DNA of 12,158 bases from an uncultured Gammaproteobacteria bacterium (GTDB taxonomy: Bacteria > Patescibacteriota > Microgenomatia > Daviesbacterales > UBA10151). The position numbers and the translations under genes are program-made. Positions 1-5,668 of the stretch are shown here, piece by piece. Location of the stretch: contig CAZFVS010000010.1 in NCBI GenBank assembly GCA_964522265.1, positions 6,751 through 18,908 of the forward strand. Direction: 5' to 3'. The notes under the pieces were generated by a model. It had not been told where the DNA came from. It was given only the letters and a program-made list of their open reading frames with translations, and did no database searches. Positions within the stretch are counted from its first letter, which is position 1, and each line of letters opens with the position of its first letter.

Positions 1-317
1 AAACCTATAAGTATTGAAAGGTTCTGACCCGAAACAACCACAATATGGATTGTAGAAGTTTTCCGCAAGGCACTGTTAAAATCATCTGGAAGTTCAGATT
101 TGACACCCAGTAAAATCCCGGAAAGAAGAGCTGCCTGGGGTTGGGGCAAGATTTCATCAATCTTACCTGCCAAAAATTCTCTGACAGGAATAAATTCAGA
201 AGCCAGATTCTCCAATTCAGGATTTGTGCTAAATCTATGCAAACCTCCAATCCACACTACTCTGAGTAAAAAAAGTGCCAGGAATAAAAATGAAGCCCCT
301 AAAAAAAGTTTATTCAA
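1..317 (-). CDS. comEC: ComEC/Rec2-family competence channel protein, N-terminal part (continues past window start)
   Basis: Absent from the supplied ORF track because it has no stop inside the window. The reverse frame is open from the TGA at 326-324 to the window edge. It translates to (M)NKLFLGASFLFLALFLLRVVWIGGLHRFSTNPELENLASEFIPVREFLAGKIDEILPQPQAALLSGILLGVKSELPDDFNSALRKTSTIHIVVVSGQNLSILIG. That is an N-terminal TM helix followed by the LLxGxxxxLPxxxxxxxxxTGxxH-xxxSGxN type signature I recognise from ComEC competence domains. It lies directly downstream of comEA. There is no in-frame ATG. Start candidates are TTG 317-315 (overlapping the comEA stop as ATTGA) or GTG 257-255. Confidence 0.75.
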   Translation of the reverse strand, partial: MNKLFLGASFLFLALFLLRVVWIGGLHRFSTNPELENLASEFIPVREFLAGKIDEILPQPQAALLSGILLGVKSELPDDFNSALRKTSTIHIVVVSGQNLSILIG

Positions 318-916
318 TGGAGGTCAATTAGATCTTTAATTTTATTAAAAACTGCTGCAGAAACAATTCTTTTTGTCTTCAGCTCACCAGTATCAGCATA
401 TGGTCTGGCTGATATTATCTTGCCAGCTGTTACACTACCAACTGAGGGTAACGACTCCAGCTCGCTCTGTGAAGCGGTATTTAATCCGATTCTGTCCATG
501 CCTATGCTCCCTCCGCTTACACCCCCTGCACCTTTGCTAAAGATAGCTGAATCTCCTTCAAAGGGAATATATATCTTCGTACCGTCTGATAGTTTTTGGG
601 ATAAGTTTAAATTTTTTGCAATAAATTCACTGTTGGCATTTTCACTAAAACCTCCGGCTGCTTTAATGGCATCCTCTACCCTGGCATCCATACCGAGATT
701 ATGAATACCGGGATTTTTAACAGCCCCTGAGATATCAACCTTTATTTGGCTTGATTGCTGAAAACTGTTCTGGTTTACCAGACTGGCTTTGGGATAAATC
801 CTGGGTTTGTCTAAAAATTTGGAGCTGGCGATACCGCCAATAATAAGAACTAAACCTATAATGCTTAGAGAGAGGGGTAGTTTATACTGGTCTATAAATT
901 GATTGAGGTATTCCAA
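314..916 (-). CDS. comEA: ComEA-like DNA receptor (membrane anchor + SLBB-like domain + C-terminal helix-hairpin-helix)
   Basis: 200-aa ORF. The N-terminal hydrophobic anchor is LSLSIIGLVLIIGGIA. The central IKVDISGAVKNPGIHNLGMDARVEDAIKAAGG matches the SLBB pattern. The C-terminal GLNTASQSELESLPSVGSVTAGKIISARPY is a classic HhH DNA-binding motif. The start is TTG at 916-914, with no in-frame ATG nearby. The stop is TGA. Confidence 0.85.
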   Translation of the reverse strand: MEYLNQFIDQYKLPLSLSIIGLVLIIGGIASSKFLDKPRIYPKASLVNQNSFQQSSQIKVDISGAVKNPGIHNLGMDARVEDAIKAAGGFSENANSEFIAKNLNLSQKLSDGTKIYIPFEGDSAIFSKGAGGVSGGSIGMDRIGLNTASQSELESLPSVGSVTAGKIISARPYADTGELKTKRIVSAAVFNKIKDLIDLH

Positions 917-982
917 TCAGTAAGATATACCATATATAAGTTTAAGATTCAAATACAATTTAATATCTTTAAAAGTCAATAT

Positions 983-1405
983 TTAAGACGGTGCTAATCT
1001 TTTCCTGTATTTCTTGAGCCATATAGCATAAACTTTAACTAAATGGTGTAAACTCCTATCTTCTAATTCTTTCTTAATCACACCCCCATAATGAGGATAT
1101 CTATGGAGCTTTGGATTCGGAGAAGAAAAACCATGGGTATAGTGGCAAAGCTCGTGGGCAATGGTGTGGTCTATAATCTCCTGGGGTATATTCTCATCTT
1201 TAAACATACTCGTTATAGTAATATAAGAATGTTTTGTTGTATGGTCAAATCTAATAGAACCTAATCTGAATTTTGAGTATCTGCCAAATTTTATAAAAAC
1301 AGGGTTGGTTTGTTTAACGTCAAAAAAATAGTTTGACCAAAGTTCATTAAGCCTGGCAAGCAGCCAGACATCATTCCTCCCAAAACTTTTTTTTCTGGAT
1401 TTCAC
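983..1405 (-). CDS. SprT/DUF45-like putative zinc metallopeptidase (HExxH)
   Basis: 140-aa ORF with an HELCH (HExxH) motif in ...IIDHTIAHELCHYTHGF..., preceded by the basic N-terminal and beta-rich layout seen in SprT-like/YgjP-type small metalloproteases. GTG start with a strong SD (AAGGAG, 5-nt spacer). The family assignment is from motif recognition only. Confidence 0.55.
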   Translation of the reverse strand: MKSRKKSFGRNDVWLLARLNELWSNYFFDVKQTNPVFIKFGRYSKFRLGSIRFDHTTKHSYITITSMFKDENIPQEIIDHTIAHELCHYTHGFSSPNPKLHRYPHYGGVIKKELEDRSLHHLVKVYAIWLKKYRKRLAPS

Positions 1406-1718
1406 TGATTCTCCTTATTGATAACTTCTCAATTATTTAGCATTACAGAGTAGCCATTAAAATGTCAAGCGAGAATGCAAACCCTCGTGCTAAACATTTA
1501 GAAATGAAAAACTATAAAAAATTTAAAATCTTCAGAAAAATTATTAAAATTTTCAAAATTAAGAAATACTAAAAATTTAATAATAAAGTTGCCAGAAAAG
1601 TCTAAAATAACGATCTTTTAGCTTTAGCAGTTATCTCATTGATAGTGCCACTTTTGAGATAGTATTTGAAAAAGGCTATTAAAAAAATATTCTCGTGTGT
1701 AAAATCTTGTGAAAAATC

Positions 1719-4085
1719 TTAGACCACCAAATTTAACACCCTTCCCCTAATATATATTATTTTTTTAGGGGTTAATCCTTGCATATGCTTTTGAACTTTT
1801 GTACTTGCCAGAGCTAATTGTTCTACTTTCAAACTATCCTCTACTATCTCTTTATCTATCAGCAGTATCTCCCTAACCTTACCGTTAACTTGTACAGCTA
1901 CTGTCAATTTTTCTTCTTTTATATATCTCTCCTCAGATTTTGGCCATGGCTGAAGATGGATTGAATATTTTTCCCCCATAATCTGCCAAAGTTCTTCAGT
2001 AATGTGGGGTGCCAGTGGTGCTAAAAGCAGTAACAGCGTATGATACTCCTGCTTTGAAACAGCTGCTTTCCTGCTTAGATAGTTTAACCACTGCATTATT
2101 GACGCAATTGCTGTATTATTTTTCATTCCTCCTAGATCTGTTTCAACTTTTTTTATTGTCTTATGCATCATCCTCAAATCATTGTCGTCCGGAACCACTT
2201 TCCCAACTTTATCCAGCAACCCCCAAACCCGCTGCAGAAAATGATAGACTCCACTGATTCCATCGGGATTCCAGGGAGTAACAATTTCTATCGGTCCCAA
2301 GAATGAAAGGTAGAGCCTGACTGCATCTGCACCGAATTTATTCACTTCTTCATCAGGATTTATTACATTCCCCTTGGACTTACTCATCCTTTGGCCATCC
2401 TGGCCTAAAATCACTCCGTGATGGATCCTTTTTTTGGCATATTCATCAAAGTTGACAATCCCAAGATCGAAAAAGAATTTAGTAAAAAACCTGGAGTAAA
2501 GTGCATGACCAAAAGTATGTTCAGCCCCGCCAATGTAAATTTCCAACGGAAACCAGTTATTTATAATCTCTTTATCAAAGATTTTAAGGCTATTGTGCGG
2601 ATCCAAATACCTGAGAAAATACCAAGAATTATCCATAAAACCGTCTAAAGTCTCTGTCTCCCTTTCAGCCCTTCCACCACACTTTGGGCATTTGACATCC
2701 ACCCACTCTTGTGCTGTGGCTAGCGGAGCCTTACCTTTGGGCAAAAAATCAACCTTGTAGGGAAGTTTAACCGGCAAATCTTCAAAAGGCACCGGCACTA
2801 CTCCGCAACTGGCACAATAAATTACAGGTATCGGAGTACCCCAATACCTTTGCCTGGAAATTGACCAGTCACGCAGATGGTAATTAACTTTAATTTTCCC
2901 CAAGTGATGCTTTACTATTGATTTTGATATTTTTTCTCGAGCTTCTTCCGATCTTAAACCTGAATATTCTCCGCTGCTGACCAATATTCCTTCCCCTGTA
3001 TAAGGCATATCTTCTTTACCGGTTATTACTCTTTTAATCTCCAGGTTATTTTTTTTGGCAAATTCAAAATCCCTCTCATCATGAGCAGGCACTGCCATAA
3101 TTGCACCTGTTCCGTAACCAGGCAAAACATAGTCTGCTACCCAAACTTGGATTTTATTATCAGTGAATGGATTTTTAACAAATCCACCTGTAAATACTCC
3201 AATTTTATCCTTATTTTCTTTTCTTTCCTGTTCTGATTTTTTCTTGGCTTTAGCTATGTACTCTTCTACCTGTTTTTTTCTGTCTGGTGTTACAAATTTT
3301 TTCAATTCCGGGTATTCCGGACTTAAAACCATAAAAGTAGCCCCAAAAATAGTGTCAGGACGGGTGGTAAATACTTCGATGTCATCAAACCCAACAACAA
3401 CCCCTTCACTCCTGCCTATCCAGGAATTTTGGGCATCCCGTAAGGATTTTGGCCAATCTACACTTGGTGTTTCGGGCCAGATCAATCTGTCTGCATAAGC
3501 GGTAATTTTTAAAAACCACTGATCTACCTCTTTTTTAACAACTTCTGAGCCGCATCTCCAACATTTACCATTTTCAATATTTTCCTCAGCCAAAACTGTC
3601 TGATCGGTCGAACACCAACTGGATAAAGCTTTTCCTTTGTAGGCAATACCCTTTTCTAGCATTTTAAGAAAAATCCATTGATTCCACTTGTAATAATCAG
3701 GGTCACAAGCTATAGTACTATATCGCCAATCGAACATATTCCCCATAGTTTTAAACTGTTTAATCATCGATTTGATGTTTGAATATGCCCAATCATTAGG
3801 ATGAATTCCTCTTTTTATAGCTGCGTTTTCAGCCGGAAGACCAAAAGCATCGAAACCAATAGGAAAAACAACATTAAAACCCTGCATTCGTTTAAATCTG
3901 GAAAGGATATCCCCGTAGCTGAAAGTAAACCAATGCCCCATATGCAGATCACCGGAACAATAAGGTAGCTCAACCAGGGTATAGAATTTGTTTTTGTAAT
4001 GCTCTAAATTAGTTTCATACAAGCCATCCTTTGCCCATCTTTTTTGCCATTTAGCCTCTATGCTCCCTGGAATATATCTTTTCAT
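1719..4085 (-). CDS. leuS: Leucyl-tRNA synthetase
   Basis: 788-aa ORF with the class I signatures HMGH (HIGH) and KMSKS. The CP1 editing-domain motifs TTRPDTIFGATF and GTGAIMAVPAHDERDFEFA are present. Zinc-knuckle cysteines CWRCGS and CPKCGG are present. The ANWP-type C-terminal domain is also seen. ATG start, TAA stop. Confidence 0.97.
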   Translation of the reverse strand: MKRYIPGSIEAKWQKRWAKDGLYETNLEHYKNKFYTLVELPYCSGDLHMGHWFTFSYGDILSRFKRMQGFNVVFPIGFDAFGLPAENAAIKRGIHPNDWAYSNIKSMIKQFKTMGNMFDWRYSTIACDPDYYKWNQWIFLKMLEKGIAYKGKALSSWCSTDQTVLAEENIENGKCWRCGSEVVKKEVDQWFLKITAYADRLIWPETPSVDWPKSLRDAQNSWIGRSEGVVVGFDDIEVFTTRPDTIFGATFMVLSPEYPELKKFVTPDRKKQVEEYIAKAKKKSEQERKENKDKIGVFTGGFVKNPFTDNKIQVWVADYVLPGYGTGAIMAVPAHDERDFEFAKKNNLEIKRVITGKEDMPYTGEGILVSSGEYSGLRSEEAREKISKSIVKHHLGKIKVNYHLRDWSISRQRYWGTPIPVIYCASCGVVPVPFEDLPVKLPYKVDFLPKGKAPLATAQEWVDVKCPKCGGRAERETETLDGFMDNSWYFLRYLDPHNSLKIFDKEIINNWFPLEIYIGGAEHTFGHALYSRFFTKFFFDLGIVNFDEYAKKRIHHGVILGQDGQRMSKSKGNVINPDEEVNKFGADAVRLYLSFLGPIEIVTPWNPDGISGVYHFLQRVWGLLDKVGKVVPDDNDLRMMHKTIKKVETDLGGMKNNTAIASIMQWLNYLSRKAAVSKQEYHTLLLLLAPLAPHITEELWQIMGEKYSIHLQPWPKSEERYIKEEKLTVAVQVNGKVREILLIDKEIVEDSLKVEQLALASTKVQKHMQGLTPKKIIYIRGRVLNLVV

Positions 4086-4091
4086 ACTTTA

Positions 4092-4120
4092 ATCATAACA
4101 CCACTAATATTGTCCTGCAA
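4092..4120 (-). promoter_or_regulatory. Candidate sigma70-type promoter of leuS, predicting a leaderless transcript
   Basis: The reverse strand reads TTGCAG (4120-4115), a 17-nt spacer, TATGAT (4097-4092), 6 nt (TAAAGT), then the leuS ATG (4085-4083). No Shine-Dalgarno sequence lies between the -10 element and the ATG. Confidence 0.4.
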
Positions 4121-4342
4121 GGAAGAATTAATAGATCTTGCAATTTGTTAAAGCTCATCTAACCTACCAACCTTTTCACAAAAGTAATCTTCTTTAAAAA
4201 AGATCAATTTGTTATATTTCAGTTGTATTCACATAGATATTTTCATGCATTTAAGTTTCGTGAAAATATTTTTATGCTCGTGCGGGAAATAAATTGTACT
4301 GCTGTGTATTGTTTTGATTACTTGACGGGGTATACACCTTTG

Positions 4343-4414
4343 TGGACTGGAGGAGATTTGGACTCCTGACCTTTCCGTTGCGAACGGAATGCTCTACCAC
4401 TGAGCTACCAGCCC
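4343..4414 (-). tRNA. tRNA-Ala (anticodon CGC)
   Basis: The reverse complement GGGCTGG-TA-GCTC-AGTGGTA-GAGC-A-TTCCG-TTCGCAA-CGGAA-AGGTC-AGGAG-TCCAAAT-CTCCT-CCAGTCC-A folds as a 72-nt cloverleaf. It carries the G3:U70 alanine identity pair and anticodon CGC. No CCA is encoded. The T-loop reads TCCAAAT, with C at the normally invariant U55, which is unusual. Confidence 0.8.
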
Positions 4415-4423
4415 AATATACTT

Positions 4424-4473
4424 TGCGTTCGGTGGACCCGAGGGGAATGAGTCTTCGATGACTCGCCTCTTCC
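4424..4473 (-). repeat. Degenerate duplicate of the 3' part of tRNA-Ala(GGC)
   Basis: The 25-nt segment 4424-4448 is identical to 4489-4513. This corresponds to T-loop 3' side, T-stem, acceptor 3' strand, discriminator and 9 nt of trailer: ATTCCCCTCGGGTCCACCGAACGCA on the reverse strand. GGAAGAGG (4473-4466) also matches tRNA positions 39-46 (4532-4525). In the copy, the T-stem 5' strand and loop are replaced by the hairpin GAGTC-ATCGAA-GACTC (4464-4449). Confidence 0.85.
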
Positions 4474-4497
4474 CCTTTTCCCCCTCACTGCGTTCGG

Positions 4498-4570
4498 TGG
4501 ACCCGAGGGGAATCGAACCCCTAACCTCTTCCATGCCATGGAAGCGCGATAACCGTTACGCTACGGGCCC
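4498..4570 (-). tRNA. tRNA-Ala (anticodon GGC)
   Basis: The reverse complement GGGCCCG-TA-GCGT-AACGGTTA-TCGC-G-CTTCC-ATGGCAT-GGAAG-AGGTT-AGGGG-TTCGATT-CCCCT-CGGGTCC-A is a 73-nt cloverleaf. It has G3:U70, a canonical TTCGATT T-loop and anticodon GGC. It is followed by CCG, so CCA is not fully encoded. Confidence 0.9.
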
Positions 4571-4593
4571 TTTTACTTAAATTATACTACTCT

Positions 4594-5487
4594 TTAATTT
4601 TCTTTGAGATAGTTATAAATATCTTCTGAAAGTTTTGCTAAAGTTTCAACCCCATCATCTTCATATTTCAAATTACTACTCATCAGTACAATAATATATG
4701 GATCTATCTCATTCTCTATCTTTCCAGGTAAAAAAACAATTCCGGCATCATGTCTTATTCTGGGTAACTCACCTGTTTTATGGGCAATTTTTAATGCCTT
4801 TGGCAGTTTTGCAGGAATACGGTCGTTTATCCTGGATCTACTGAGCAGATCTATAATCTTTTGGGATGTCTGGGGAGAAACTACCTTCCCTAGATAAAGT
4901 TTTTCAAAAAATAAAGCTATATCTTTTGCTGTTGTAGAAATGGGGTCTTTGATTACAGTCTTATCCGCTCCAATTTTATTAGCCTGTTCCCGTACTTTAT
5001 CCCAACTGATTTTTTCCGCCAGCATAATAGCGGCATAGTTGTCCGAAATTGTCGCAATCCTTTCCAGAAGTTCTGAAACAGTGTAGGTTATTGAATCATC
5101 TTTCAGCATCTCATAACCAAAGTCTATAAACCCTAAAACTTTCTCCAGATGGGCTGAATCTGCAGTTACCTTATCATCCTCTGTAATTTCACCATTTTCA
5201 ATTGCCTGGAAAGCTGCAGCGAGTAGAAACAACTTGTATAAAGATCCTGCAGGAAAGATGTTTTCTTCATTTACAGCATATTCTTCCGCATTATTATTTA
5301 TACTTTTAACAAAAACCGCATATTCTCCCTCTTTATCTTCTAAATCAGCCTCAATTATAGGTTTGAGCCTACTTTGGGTAAAGCTGAAACTCCACTTTTG
5401 GGAAAAATCACCAGGCTTTATTAAAGGTTTTTTATTCCCTGCTATGACAAAGCGGCTGAAAATAATAAGCAGAACAAGGAAAATCAA
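4594..5487 (-). CDS. Class A beta-lactamase-fold serine hydrolase (PenP/COG2367-like), membrane-anchored or secreted
   Basis: 297-aa ORF containing all three class-A/penicillin-recognising motifs in the right order: SxxK (SLYK), SDN (ISDNYAA) and KTG (HKTGE). The N-terminus is hydrophobic (IFLVLLIIF). The start is only a TTG (5487-5485) without an SD. The frame is open upstream to 5532 but holds no ATG, GTG or TTG there. Confidence 0.75.
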   Translation of the reverse strand: MIFLVLLIIFSRFVIAGNKKPLIKPGDFSQKWSFSFTQSRLKPIIEADLEDKEGEYAVFVKSINNNAEEYAVNEENIFPAGSLYKLFLLAAAFQAIENGEITEDDKVTADSAHLEKVLGFIDFGYEMLKDDSITYTVSELLERIATISDNYAAIMLAEKISWDKVREQANKIGADKTVIKDPISTTAKDIALFFEKLYLGKVVSPQTSQKIIDLLSRSRINDRIPAKLPKALKIAHKTGELPRIRHDAGIVFLPGKIENEIDPYIIVLMSSNLKYEDDGVETLAKLSEDIYNYLKEN

Positions 5488-5524
5488 TACAACAGTAGCT
5501 AATTTACTTTTGGCGTCCCCTTCT

Positions 5525-5570
5525 TTGCTATTTTAAAATAGCCAACGGGTTAACAGCAACTCCTTTAAAA
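5525..5570 (-). repeat. Downstream duplicate of the 3' end of the M23 peptidase gene (13 codons + TAG + CAA)
   Basis: 46 nt, 40/46 identical to 5627-5672. The reverse strand reads TTT AAA GGA GTT GCT GTT AAC CCG TTG GCT ATT TTA AAA TAG, giving FKGVAVNPLAILK*. This is the same peptide as the real gene end. The offset is exactly 102 nt (34 codons). Confidence 0.9.
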
Positions 5571-5578
5571 GATCGTAA

Positions 5579-5606
5579 CTCTATTGAAACAACGATTTCA
5601 ATAGAG
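5579..5606. other. Perfect 11-bp stem / 6-nt loop hairpin between the two M23 3'-end copies
   Basis: CTCTATTGAAA (5579-5589), loop CAACGA, then TTTCAATAGAG (5596-5606). On the reverse strand it is followed by TTACGATCTTTT, only a weak U-tract, so a terminator role is possible but unproven. Confidence 0.6.
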
Positions 5607-5619
5607 GTGAAGATCTCGC

Positions 5620-5668
5620 AAGGGAGTTGCTATTTCAATATTGCTAATGGGTTAACAGCAACTCCCTT
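5620..5668. other. 12-bp inverted repeat bracketing the M23 stop codon
   Basis: AAGGGAGTTGCT (5620-5631) is the exact reverse complement of AGCAACTCCCTT (5657-5668). In the mRNA, the KGVA codons can pair with the 12 nt immediately after the TAG, leaving a 25-nt loop. The post-stop arm could also pair with the downstream copy (AAAGGAGTTGCT) with one mismatch. Confidence 0.6.

Noticed and set aside
5-339. ORF-track entries 5..250 (-) and 100..339 (+)
   Set aside because: Both overlap the third reverse frame, which encodes a clear ComEC-like sequence. Their translations have no recognisable motifs and odd composition. I treat them as shadow ORFs.
2009-3498. Plus-strand ORFs 2009..2257, 2418..2648 and 3163..3498 antisense to leuS
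   Set aside because: They lie entirely inside the strongly supported leuS CDS on the opposite strand. Their translations are low-complexity and motif-free, typical of antisense shadow ORFs.
4086-4342. T-box riboswitch upstream of leuS
   Set aside because: I read the reverse strand for the conserved T-box core (GGGTGGTACCGCG-like) and a specifier/terminator arrangement and found none. A promoter abutting the ATG leaves no room for a leader.
4449-4464. Possible plus-strand tRNA T-arm (GAGTC-TTCGAT-GACTC)
   Set aside because: The loop is 6 nt rather than 7. No complementary acceptor 5' strand (AAGAGGC) or D/anticodon arms exist upstream on the plus strand.
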